Assembly (NCBI GenBank): GCA_036509895.1
Contig: DATCEV010000055.1
Location: 12,473 to 76,472 of the forward strand
Direction of reading: 5' to 3'
From: Verrucomicrobiia bacterium
GTDB lineage: Bacteria; Verrucomicrobiota; Verrucomicrobiia; Limisphaerales; UBA11358
DNA length: 64,000 bases
Shown here: in pieces, positions 18,857-27,625 of the stretch
Layout: each line of letters starts with the position of its first letter
How positions within the stretch are numbered: position 1 is the stretch's first letter
Position numbers and translations under genes: made by a program
Notes under the pieces: generated by a model
The model's input: only the letters and a program-made list of their open reading frames with translations
What the model was told of the DNA's origin: nothing
Databases searched by the model: none

Positions 18857-20233
18857 CTAGTTTTTCTTTTCCAAATGATGATTCGCTTCGAGCCGGTCCC
18901 AAACCAATTTGTCCAACTCGTCGCGCACGGGGGCGCACTTCACGCGTTCCACGATTTCGCCGGCGAAAGCGTGAATCAACATCCGTCGCGCCGTTTCTTC
19001 GCCGATGCCGCGCGCGCGCAAATAAAAAATACTTTCGTTGTTCAACTGCCCGATGGTCGCGCCGTGCGTGCATTTCACATCGTCGGCGTAAATTTCCAAT
19101 TGCGGTTTGGTGTCCGCCGTCGCGTCGTCGGAAAGCAAAAGATTTTTGTTTGTCTGTTTCGCGTCGGTTTTTTGCGCAATCGGATGAACGTAAATGCGCC
19201 CGTGAAAAACACCTTTCGATTTGTCGTCAAGAATGCCGTTGAAATATTCGTGACTTGCGCAATGCGGCTGCGCGTGCTCGACAATCATGTGATGATCGGC
19301 CAACTGTTCGCCACGCGTGAGATAAAGTCCGTTCAAAATACATTCGAGACCTTCGCCCGCGAGTTTCGCGCGGATGTTCGTGCGCGAAAGTTTTGCGCCG
19401 AGCGCGAAGGAATGAACGGTCACATTGCTGGCGCGGCCAAATTCTCCGGCAATCGTCGCAATGTGAAATGCCTTTGCAGACTCGTCCTGAAGTTTTATGT
19501 GTTCGATTGAAGCATTTTCGCCGGCAACAATTTCAGTCACCGCATTTGTGAAATAGGTTTCATCGCTCGCGCTCAAATAACTTTCGACGATGGTCGCTTT
19601 GCTGTTTGCCTCGGCGACAATTAAATTTCGCGGCTGAATCGTTTCGCCGGAATTTTTCGCGGACGAAATGTAAATCAGTTGAATCGGCTCGGCGATTTCC
19701 ACGCCTTGCGGAATAAAAATAAACGCGCCGTCGGAAAAAAACGCCTGGTTCAGCGCAGCGAAAGTGTTGCTCGCCGTGTGCGCGTATTTGCCGAGATGTT
19801 TTTCGATAGTGGAACAGGCTTCCAGCCTGTTGACGGGCAGGATGCCCGTCCCACTACCGAGCGCGGCGGAAAGGTTTTCAATTTTCACGCCGCCGGAATT
19901 TGGTTTCAACGATGAAAGCTTCTCCGAAAAAAATCCATTCACGAACACGAGGCGGTTGCCGGGCAATTTTGCAAAGGCAGATTCATCAATCAATTTTGTC
20001 TCCGCGCCATTCGCAGAAACTTCTTTGGCCAATTGAAAATTCAGTTTGGCAATCGGCGCAACGTTCGTGAAACGCCAATCTTCATCATGCAACGTCGGAA
20101 AACCGAGTTCGGCGAAACTCGCGAGACCGGCCTTGCGCACGGGCGCGAGCCATTTCGGTTGCGCCGCCGATTCCACTTCCCCAAATTTTTTTACAATCGG
20201 TTCAACTGCGCTGTCAGAATTTTTTTGCGTCAT
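18857..20233 (-). CDS. sufD: Fe-S cluster assembly protein SufD
   Basis: C-terminal block PQLEIYADDVKCTHGATIGQL..FYLRARGI is SufD-type rather than SufB-type. Confidence 0.8.
   Translation of the reverse strand: MTQKNSDSAVEPIVKKFGEVESAAQPKWLAPVRKAGLASFAELGFPTLHDEDWRFTNVAPIAKLNFQLAKEVSANGAETKLIDESAFAKLPGNRLVFVNGFFSEKLSSLKPNSGGVKIENLSAALGSGTGILPVNRLEACSTIEKHLGKYAHTASNTFAALNQAFFSDGAFIFIPQGVEIAEPIQLIYISSAKNSGETIQPRNLIVAEANSKATIVESYLSASDETYFTNAVTEIVAGENASIEHIKLQDESAKAFHIATIAGEFGRASNVTVHSFALGAKLSRTNIRAKLAGEGLECILNGLYLTRGEQLADHHMIVEHAQPHCASHEYFNGILDDKSKGVFHGRIYVHPIAQKTDAKQTNKNLLLSDDATADTKPQLEIYADDVKCTHGATIGQLNNESIFYLRARGIGEETARRMLIHAFAGEIVERVKCAPVRDELDKLVWDRLEANHHLEKKN
19805..19856. repeat. Double-hairpin element (family E) inserted in-frame in sufD
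   Basis: acaggcttccagcctgt plus gacgggcaggatgcccgtc, read on the minus strand as GSGTGILPVNRLEACST. Confidence 0.75.
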
Positions 20234-20341
20234 AATCGTCTTTCTTCCAAGCAGTCATTTTCCCATGCAACCGAAGCGCGCGCAATTGAAAACCGCCGGA
20301 TTGACACGGCCTTCGTCTGGCGTCCACATTCGTTCCGCTGA

Positions 20342-21229
20342 ATGGACGATTTGATTTACATTTTTGCGAGCGGCGTCATCGCGCTATTGCAGGCGTTGCC
20401 GCTCATTTGCGTCGCGCGCCTCGGACGCGCGCTGGGCGGACTGGCTTATTGGCTGGACGCGCGGCATCGCAAAGTCGCGCTGGAAAATCTCGCGATGTGC
20501 TTCGGCCGTGAAAAATCGCCGGAAGAAATCCGCGCCATCGGGCGGGAAAATTTCAAGCGCATCGGCGAAACGTATTGTTGCGCCATCAAAACTTCCGCGA
20601 TGAGTTTTGAACAATTGCTGCCGCACGCCGAATACATCGGCCTTGAACATTTGCTGCCGCCGCGCCGCGTCGTCAATGCCGGCGGGCACTTCGGCAATTT
20701 TGAACTTTACGCGCGCTTCAAAGACCTCGCACCCGGCTATCAATGCGCCGCGACCTATCGCGCGCTCAACAGTCCCGCGCTCAACCGGCTCATGGAAAAA
20801 ATCCGCGACCGCTCCGGCTGCGTTTTTTTTGAGCGGCGAACCGAAGGCGCAAAACTCCGCGCGTTCATGCAACAATCAGCCAGCATCGTCAGCCTGCAAA
20901 TTGATCAGCACGGCGGCAGAAAAGGTTTGCGCCTGTCGTTTCTCGGCCACGATTGCTCGACCAATCCGTCGCCCGCAATTTTCGCGTTGCGTTATCATTG
21001 CGAACTTTACGCCGCCGCCTGTTTTCGCGTCGGCCTGGCGAAATGGCGGCTTGAACTCGGCGAAAAAATTTCGACGCACGATGAAAACGGCCAGCCGCGT
21101 TCCGTTGAAGACATCATGCGCGACGTGTTGCGCGCGCAGGAAAATCATGTGCGCCGCGATCCCGCGAACTGGTTTTGGGTTCACAAACGCTGGAAAACGG
21201 AAACGGCGAAGATGGAAGATGGAGGATAG
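20342..21229 (+). CDS. Lipid A biosynthesis (Kdo2-lipid IVA) late acyltransferase family protein
   Basis: HtrB/MsbB-like. GGHFGNFE matches the HxGNWE-type motif. 295 aa, adjacent to waaF. Confidence 0.75.
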   Translation: MDDLIYIFASGVIALLQALPLICVARLGRALGGLAYWLDARHRKVALENLAMCFGREKSPEEIRAIGRENFKRIGETYCCAIKTSAMSFEQLLPHAEYIGLEHLLPPRRVVNAGGHFGNFELYARFKDLAPGYQCAATYRALNSPALNRLMEKIRDRSGCVFFERRTEGAKLRAFMQQSASIVSLQIDQHGGRKGLRLSFLGHDCSTNPSPAIFALRYHCELYAAACFRVGLAKWRLELGEKISTHDENGQPRSVEDIMRDVLRAQENHVRRDPANWFWVHKRWKTETAKMEDGG

Positions 21230-21262
21230 AAAATGGAAATCCATTCCCCATCTTCCATTTTC
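21208..21262. repeat. Palindromic element (family C, gatggaagatgg / ccatcttccat) spanning the lpxL-like stop and the waaF start
   Basis: Arms are gaagatggaagatggagg and ccccatcttccattttcc. The centre, atggaaatccat, carries the waaF ATG; TAG at 21227-21229 lies in the left arm. Confidence 0.7.
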
Positions 21263-22417
21263 CACCCTCGTCGAATTTTGGTGCGAAGCACCAATTGGCT
21301 CGGCGACGCCGTGATGGCGACGCCTGCGCTGCTGCGACTGCGCGAAAAATTTCCCGACGCCCGCATCACAATTCTCACGCCGGAAAAATTGCGCGAGCTT
21401 TGGACAAATCATCCGGCGATTGATGAAACGATTTCCTTTGCGCCCAATGAAACAGTTTTTGCCATCGCAAAAAAAGTGCGCGCGGGGAAATTTGATTTGG
21501 CGCTCACGCTGCCAAATTCGCCGCGCTCGGCGATGGAAGTTTTTCTGGCGAAAATTCCGAATCGAATCGGCTATGCGCGTCCGTGGCGCAATTTTTTCCT
21601 GACGCAAACGGTTGCGCCGCGCGCTGAAGCCGTGAAAATGCAAAAATTGTCAGTCGCTGAAATCCAGCGCAGGATTGCCACAGAGACACAGAGCGCACAG
21701 AGGAAAAAATCAGGTGAACTCTGTGGCCTCTGTGACTCTGTGGCAAAACCGGAAACGTCGGCGCATCAAATCCACGAGTATTTGCATTTGACCGCTGCGC
21801 TCGGCGCAAATCCAGAACCGTTGCCGCCAAAATTATTTGTCGCGCCGGAAGAAGTTGAAGCCGCGAAGAAAAAATTTGGACTGGAAAAAATCACCCAGCC
21901 GATTTTTGGTTTGAATCCCGGCGCGGAATATGGCCCGGCCAAACGCTGGCCGGTCGAAAAATTTATTGCCGCCGCCAAAGAAATTCAGCAGCAAACGAAT
22001 TGCATCTGGATTTTGTTCGGCGGGAAAAATGATTCCGAGATTGCAAACCGAATCGAATCGGCAATTCGCAATTCGCAATTCGTAATTCGTAATTTATGCG
22101 GCAAAACTTCTTTGCGCGAACTGATGTCGCTTTTGAAACTTTGCCGTGCGCTTTTGACCAACGACACCGGACCGATGCACGTTGCCGCCGCGCACGGCGT
22201 TCCGGTCGTGGCGATTTTTGGCAGCACGTCGCCAGAATTGACGGGGCCGGTTTCTTCCAACGGATTGCGTCATCAAATTTTGAAATCAAACGCGCCGTGT
22301 TCGCCGTGTTTTTTGCGCGAGTGCCCGATTGATTTCCGCTGCATGAACGGCATCGGCGTCGGACAAGTTGTCGAGGCTGTTTTGAAAACTATTTTAACCA
22401 CGGATGGACCCGAATAA
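21233..22417 (+). CDS. waaF: ADP-heptose:LPS heptosyltransferase II (GT9)
   Basis: ILVRSTNWLGDAVM and LLTNDTGPMHVAAAHG. 394 aa, longer than typical because of repeat-derived segments. Confidence 0.8.
   Translation: MEIHSPSSIFHPRRILVRSTNWLGDAVMATPALLRLREKFPDARITILTPEKLRELWTNHPAIDETISFAPNETVFAIAKKVRAGKFDLALTLPNSPRSAMEVFLAKIPNRIGYARPWRNFFLTQTVAPRAEAVKMQKLSVAEIQRRIATETQSAQRKKSGELCGLCDSVAKPETSAHQIHEYLHLTAALGANPEPLPPKLFVAPEEVEAAKKKFGLEKITQPIFGLNPGAEYGPAKRWPVEKFIAAAKEIQQQTNCIWILFGGKNDSEIANRIESAIRNSQFVIRNLCGKTSLRELMSLLKLCRALLTNDTGPMHVAAAHGVPVVAIFGSTSPELTGPVSSNGLRHQILKSNAPCSPCFLRECPIDFRCMNGIGVGQVVEAVLKTILTTDGPE
21678..21743. repeat. 66-nt family A inverted repeat (cacagag units) inserted in-frame in waaF
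   Basis: ccacagagacacagagcgcacagagg ... cctctgtgactctgtgg, translated as (I)ATETQSAQRKKSGELCGLCDSVA. Confidence 0.8.
22063..22095. repeat. Heptanucleotide tandem repeat (AATTCGY x4 plus a partial unit) inside waaF
   Basis: aattcgc aattcgc aattcgt aattcgt aattt, translated as AIRNSQFVIRNL. Confidence 0.8.
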
Positions 22418-22469
22418 ACACGGATTGAGACGAAAAAAATCATCCGTGTTAATCTGTGTCCATCCGTGG
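22398..22469. repeat. Family A inverted repeat (cacggat units) covering the waaF 3' end
   Basis: ccacggatggacccgaataaacacggatt ... aatctgtgtccatccgtgg. The waaF tail TTDGPE and its stop lie in the left arm. Confidence 0.75.
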
Positions 22470-22516
22470 TTTTAATTAAACTTTGTGTCTTGGTGTCTTT
22501 GTGGTAAATCCGTTTT

Positions 22517-23431
22517 GTGGAAACGGTCACCCAACTCACGAACGAACTGGTCGCGTCGTATGCGCGGCTGGGCGGCATCAATCATTTGGACGGAAAAAAT
22601 CTGCCGTCCAAACGCGCCGTCACCGCCATCACGATTGATTTATTGCGGCTGCTGTTTCCGGGTTATTTTGATGAAAAGCTGGTTCATTCATCGGAAATTA
22701 AGATGGAAACGGCGGCGCTGCTGGATTCGGTTCTGGGAAAATTGGAGGACGAAATCCGCAAAAGTCTTGAATATCATCCGCCGGAAAATCCGCCAAAAAA
22801 TGAAATCACCAAAGCGGCGCACAGTTTGACCTTGGAATTTTTGAGCAAGCTGCCGGACATCCGTGAAATCTTGAAGACGGATGTGAGCGCGGCGTTCGAT
22901 GGCGATCCGGCGGCGTTCAGCCGCGAGGAGATTTTGGTTTCGTATCCGTTCATCGAGGCGATTGCGGTGCAGCGGCTGGCGCATGAATTGTATTTGAAAG
23001 GGGTCATGCTGATTCCGCGCATCATGACGGAATGGGCGCATTGGCGGTCGGGCATGGAGATTCATCCGGGCGCGAAAATTGGCACGCATTTTTTTGTGGA
23101 TCATTGCACGGGCACGGTCGTCGGCGAGACGGCGGTCATCGGCAATCATGTGAAGATGTATCACGGCGTGACGCTCGGCGCGAAATCCACGGCGGGCGGG
23201 CAGGCGTTGCGCGGCAAGAAGCGGCATCCGACGATTGAAGATCGCGTGACGATTTATCCCGGCGCGACGATTCTCGGCGGCGAAACGGTTATTGGCGCGG
23301 GCAGCACGATTGGCGGCAACGTGTTCATCATGGACAGTGTCGCGCCGAATTCGTTGGTCATTTATGACGGCCTGGATATGCGCGTGCTGAACAAGGCGGA
23401 CAAAAAAACCGTGACGGATTTTCAGATTTGA
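22517..23431 (+). CDS. cysE: Serine O-acetyltransferase
   Basis: GTG start. SAT N-terminal helical domain followed by left-handed beta-helix hexapeptide repeats (IGNHVKMYHGVTLG, IYPGATILGG). Confidence 0.85.
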   Translation: METVTQLTNELVASYARLGGINHLDGKNLPSKRAVTAITIDLLRLLFPGYFDEKLVHSSEIKMETAALLDSVLGKLEDEIRKSLEYHPPENPPKNEITKAAHSLTLEFLSKLPDIREILKTDVSAAFDGDPAAFSREEILVSYPFIEAIAVQRLAHELYLKGVMLIPRIMTEWAHWRSGMEIHPGAKIGTHFFVDHCTGTVVGETAVIGNHVKMYHGVTLGAKSTAGGQALRGKKRHPTIEDRVTIYPGATILGGETVIGAGSTIGGNVFIMDSVAPNSLVIYDGLDMRVLNKADKKTVTDFQI

Positions 23432-23482
23432 AAATAATTCAACTCCATTGCGTTCTTAAAAAAAGCTGGCAAATTGGACAGT

Positions 23483-23689
23483 ATGAAATTGACTGCTGTC
23501 ATTTATCCTGATTCGGAAACGGACTGGCTCGTGGCCGAATGCCCTGAAATCGGCACCGCCAGCCAAGGCAAAACTGAAGCCGAGGCGATTGCCAATCTGC
23601 GCGAAGCCACGGAACTTTATCTCGAATCTTTTCCTCAAATTCTAAAAAAACAGGCTGCTGTTCGCAGCTTTGAATTGGCTCATGCCTAA
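23483..23689 (+). CDS. hicB: HicB-family antitoxin (second copy)
   Basis: MKLTAVIYPDSETDWLVAECPEIGTASQGKTEAEAIANLREATELYLE parallels the copy at 1671-1877. Confidence 0.75.
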   Translation: MKLTAVIYPDSETDWLVAECPEIGTASQGKTEAEAIANLREATELYLESFPQILKKQAAVRSFELAHA

Positions 23690-23909
23690 ATTACCGCTGG
23701 TTTCCGGCATGGAAGCCGTGAAAGCAATGAAACGACTGGGGTTTTTTATTGATCGTCAACGCGGCAGCCATGTGGTGATGAAAAAAATCATGCCCGAAGG
23801 CGAGCGCGGTTGCGTTATCCCGATGCACAAGGAAATTGCGATGGGCACATTACGAAGCGCGCTTAAAATGGCAGGTGTTTCACCGGAAGAATTTTCCAAC
23901 GCCTTGTAG
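23682..23909 (+). CDS. hicA: HicA-family toxin (second copy)
   Basis: MPKLPLVSGMEAVKAMKRLGFFIDRQRGSHVVM. Same 8-nt overlap with hicB as in the first pair. Confidence 0.8.
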   Translation: MPKLPLVSGMEAVKAMKRLGFFIDRQRGSHVVMKKIMPEGERGCVIPMHKEIAMGTLRSALKMAGVSPEEFSNAL

Positions 23910-23980
23910 TTTCAATGCGTTCTGAACAAGTTGGCGGATCAGATTGAACAGGCAGCAAACTTTCCGACAGCATGGTTAAT

Positions 23981-24193
23981 TCAGATTTCTTGCTGTCGCT
24001 TCTTGAGCCTCGCGATTAAAGCCGTGCTGCGCGCCTCCTCTTGCGCACGCTCCTCGATTGTAGCCGATGACAAGCTCCCAACTCCGGTTCTTGAGAAAAG
24101 CGGCTCGGGTTTGTAACGGTGATTGTTCGCCAAAACTTCCTCGAGGATGTCCTCGTCGGTCAGGTGCTCCAGCAAATCTGTCCGCAGTTTCAT
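23981..24193 (-). CDS. Small hypothetical protein (70 aa)
   Basis: MKLRTDLLEHLTDEDILEEVL... Acidic N-terminus and basic C-terminus. No motif recognised. Confidence 0.35.
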   Translation of the reverse strand: MKLRTDLLEHLTDEDILEEVLANNHRYKPEPLFSRTGVGSLSSATIEERAQEEARSTALIARLKKRQQEI

Positions 24194-24259
24194 TATCCAT
24201 ATTTTAACCCGATTGCGGCAAATCGGCAACAGGGCAATTTTCCCCGGCTGTTTAATTTT

Positions 24260-25519
24260 TTACGGCACGGTGATCGAATATATGTGTCCGTCAATCGTCA
24301 GCGCGTAAAGTTCGCCCTCCAAATCTTCGGCAAAGCTCGTGATGTTTTTCGGTTGTTGCAGCAGTGTGCCGTGCGCGGTGACTTTTTTCGTCGCATCATC
24401 ATAGCGCAATCCCCAAATCGTTCCGAGACTGTCGTCGGCATAAATATAAACGCCGGCGAGCGCCGGATATTTTTTCCCGCGATAAACATAACCGCCAATC
24501 ACGCACAGACCGATGCTGTGATCGGGAAACATCGCCTCAGGCTGCAAATCCGGCCGATGGGGATATTCGATGATCGGATCAACATATTCGGCGCCGGGCG
24601 GGCCGGGTTTGAAATGGTGCATTCCTTCGCGAACGCTCCAGCCATAATCGCCGCCGTTAGTCACAATATCCACTTCTTCCCATAAATCCTGGCCGACATC
24701 GCCGACCCATAGATCGCCGGTTTTGCGATCAAAACTGTAACGCCACGGATTGCGCAGGCTGTAGGCGAAAATTTCTTTTCTTACCGAACTGTCGCCCCTT
24801 TCCCGCTCTTTCATAAACGGATTGTCGGCGGGAAATCCGTAAGGCAACTCGTGTGAGTGAAAGCTGCGGCCCACCACCGCGCGCGCGTTGACATCTATCC
24901 GCAACATCTTTGCCAGCAGGGTCGAACAATTTTGACCGCTGCCAAAGGGATCGCCGCCCAGCCCGCCGTCGCCGAGGCCGAGATAAAGATAACCGTCGGG
25001 ACCAAAACAAAGTTCGCCGCCTTTGTGATTCCAAAATGGTTCCGGCACTTCCAACAAAATGCGTTCCGAACCCAGGTCCGCCTTGTCCGGGTCGCTTGCG
25101 GAAACTTTGAATTCACTGACGACGCTGCGATACGGATAATTTTGCGGCTGCGAATGCTGGCTGGCGGGATTTTCTTGCGTGTAATAAATATAAAACAGGC
25201 CGTTCGTTTTGAAGCCGGGATGAAACGCGAGGCTCAACAGACCGTCTTCGTTTTGAAAATACGGATGCCGGTCTTCGATGTTCAAAAACTCCTTCGCGCC
25301 GCTGCCGTCCGAACCTTTTTTCACGATGAGAATCTTTCCGGCCTGGCCGACGACAAAAAACCGCCCCGAACCGTCCGGCGCTTCGGACATCCAAACGGGC
25401 CGTTCGATCTGCAAATTCGGAAAGGCCGGTTGGAGTTCGATTTTAGGCAGCGGCCGGGCGGCGGCAAAGGTGGCGAGCAAACAAAAAATTTGCGCCAAAA
25501 GAAACGTGCGATTTTTCAT
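24260..25519 (-). CDS. PQQ-dependent soluble sugar (glucose/sorbosone) dehydrogenase-like beta-propeller
   Basis: Signal peptide. LLSLAFHP, HKGGELCFGPDGYLYLGLGDGG, NPWRYSFD and GDVGQDLWEEV are GSDH-family blocks. Confidence 0.8.
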   Translation of the reverse strand: MKNRTFLLAQIFCLLATFAAARPLPKIELQPAFPNLQIERPVWMSEAPDGSGRFFVVGQAGKILIVKKGSDGSGAKEFLNIEDRHPYFQNEDGLLSLAFHPGFKTNGLFYIYYTQENPASQHSQPQNYPYRSVVSEFKVSASDPDKADLGSERILLEVPEPFWNHKGGELCFGPDGYLYLGLGDGGLGGDPFGSGQNCSTLLAKMLRIDVNARAVVGRSFHSHELPYGFPADNPFMKERERGDSSVRKEIFAYSLRNPWRYSFDRKTGDLWVGDVGQDLWEEVDIVTNGGDYGWSVREGMHHFKPGPPGAEYVDPIIEYPHRPDLQPEAMFPDHSIGLCVIGGYVYRGKKYPALAGVYIYADDSLGTIWGLRYDDATKKVTAHGTLLQQPKNITSFAEDLEGELYALTIDGHIYSITVP

Positions 25520-25594
25520 GCGACTGAAATAAACTGAATTTGGAAAAAATGTAAAGCGCGGTTCGCGCCATTTTGAAATCGCGTCCGCCGCCCT

Positions 25595-26905
25595 TTGTGC
25601 TATTTTCGCTCATCCGAATTGAAATCGCTCGTCAACATCACCCGCCAACGCTCCGAACGGATTTTCCTCGTCGGCGTCGAACTCAAATCGCGCCAGCGCG
25701 CGGAACTCGAAGATTCACTCGCCGAACTGGCCGAACTCTCCGCGACCGCCGGCGGCGAAGTGGTTGAAACCGGCATTCAAAAATTGGAATCGCTCCACGC
25801 CGCCACGTTCATTGGCAAAGGCAAGGCCGAGGAATTTTCAAAATTCTGCAAGGCGAACAAAGTGGACACCGTGATTTTCGACGACGAACTTTCGCCCGCG
25901 CAAAGCCGCAACCTCGAAAAAATTTTCGAGTGCAAAATTTTAGATCGCACCGCGCTCATCCTTGACATCTTCGCGCAACGCGCGCGCACGCGCGAAGGCA
26001 AGATGCAAATTGAGTTGGCGCAGTTGCAACATTTGCTGCCGCGCCTCACAAAATTTTGGGGACACTTATCGCGGCAAGCCGGCGGCATCGGCATGCGCGG
26101 CGGCGAAGGGGAATCGCAATTGGAAGCCGACCGCCGCAAAGTTTCCGAACGCATTGACAAAATCCAGCGTGACCTCGAAGCCGTGCGCCGCCAGCGCGCC
26201 ACCCAACGCGCCGGACGCCAGCGCAGCCATTGGCCGCTCGCCTCGATTGTCGGTTATACCAACGCGGGAAAATCCACATTGCTCAACGCGCTCACCGGCG
26301 CGGACGTTTTGGCCAAAGACATTTTATTTGCCACGCTCGACCCGACGACACGGCGTTTGAAATTTCCGACGAACCAAAATGTTCTGCTGACGGACACGGT
26401 CGGCTTCATCAAAAAATTGCCGCACGGTTTGGTCGAGGCGTTCAAGGCGACGCTCGAAGAAGTGGTGCAGGCCGATTTACTCTTGCACGTCGTTGACATC
26501 AGTCATCCGCAGGCCGAAGAACAAATTGCCGCCGTGAATTCTGTCTTGAACGAAATCGGTGCGGGCGAAAAACCGACGATCATGGTTTTCAATAAAATGG
26601 ACAAACTCAATGGCAGCGGCGCATTGAATCAATTGCAGGAAAAATTTCCGAACGCGGTGGGAATTTCCGCGAAGACCGGCGAAGGCGTTTCAACTTTACT
26701 GTCAGAACTTGGGACGCAATTGCGCCCAACGCGGGAATTTGTGGAATTAAAAATTCCGCACGAACAATCTGCCGTCATCGCGCGTTTGCACCAAGTGGGA
26801 CAAGTGATTGAGCGGCGTTACCACGGCAAGACCGCGAGATTCAAGGCGCGCATCCCGCCGCATCACCACGCCGAATTCGCGCCTTACCTCGTGAGCGAGA
26901 AATAA
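25595..26905 (+). CDS. hflX: GTPase HflX
   Basis: HflX N-terminal domain followed by G-domain motifs GYTNAGKSTLLNALTG, DTVGF and NKMD. The start codon (TTG) is uncertain. Confidence 0.9.
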   Translation: MCYFRSSELKSLVNITRQRSERIFLVGVELKSRQRAELEDSLAELAELSATAGGEVVETGIQKLESLHAATFIGKGKAEEFSKFCKANKVDTVIFDDELSPAQSRNLEKIFECKILDRTALILDIFAQRARTREGKMQIELAQLQHLLPRLTKFWGHLSRQAGGIGMRGGEGESQLEADRRKVSERIDKIQRDLEAVRRQRATQRAGRQRSHWPLASIVGYTNAGKSTLLNALTGADVLAKDILFATLDPTTRRLKFPTNQNVLLTDTVGFIKKLPHGLVEAFKATLEEVVQADLLLHVVDISHPQAEEQIAAVNSVLNEIGAGEKPTIMVFNKMDKLNGSGALNQLQEKFPNAVGISAKTGEGVSTLLSELGTQLRPTREFVELKIPHEQSAVIARLHQVGQVIERRYHGKTARFKARIPPHHHAEFAPYLVSEK

Positions 26906-26907
26906 TT

Positions 26908-27578
26908 TTAAGGACTCTTCGGCGGAGTTTGCGGTGGCGGAGTTTTTCCACGTTTCGCATCGCGCTCAATGTGGCTTGCAGTGAACCATGCCGCCATTTT
27001 ATCGGGGTTGCTGGCGTATTTGTTGTGCATGATTGCGTCCAACGTCGTCATAGCCTTCATTCCCTGCGCGATTAACTGGCCGATGGTCGCCGTGTTGCCG
27101 ACGCCCGTTTCACGATTGCTTTCCTGTTGGTTTTGCGCGGTCGTCACCGCCGTGCGGTCAGTTTGTAAAGCCGTGACAAAATTTGCATCCATTTCGTGCG
27201 CGACAAATTTTGCGGCCAGCGCGGGTTGCGCTGTGAATTGCTGTAAAAATTTATCCGCCGTGGTCAGCAATGCCCCTTCATTTCCGTTTGCAGGCGGACG
27301 AAAGCTGTCGCCAAAGCCCGGTTCAGTTAGCGCGATGGCGGCGGCGGTGCGGGTGATGTTTTGGATGTCCAGCCGGAGGCGTCCAGCAAAGTTTCCTTGC
27401 TGGTGTTCCGACCCGGCTTCTGCCCTGCTTTGGCGCTGTCCAAGCTGGTGAGGGTCTGGCTGATGATGGTGAAGTTTGTTTGCGCCGTGCTGCCTGCGGC
27501 AAAATCCGCCGCGTTATCCTGCCCGAATGTTTTGGCGCGCTGAAATGCGTCATATCTGCGAGTTTCTCGGCTATCCAT
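26908..27578 (-). pseudogene. Hypothetical protein split by an apparent 1-nt frameshift near 27375
   Basis: Track ORFs 27327..27704 (real start MDSRETRRYD at 27578) and 26908..27270. The downstream frame stays open upstream and reads ..RLDIQNITRTAAAIALTEPGF (own translation). Confidence 0.4.
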
Positions 27579-27625
27579 ATTGAGTCCTTTTCTATTTTGG
27601 TTTGTTTGTTTTGGTTTCCCGAAAG

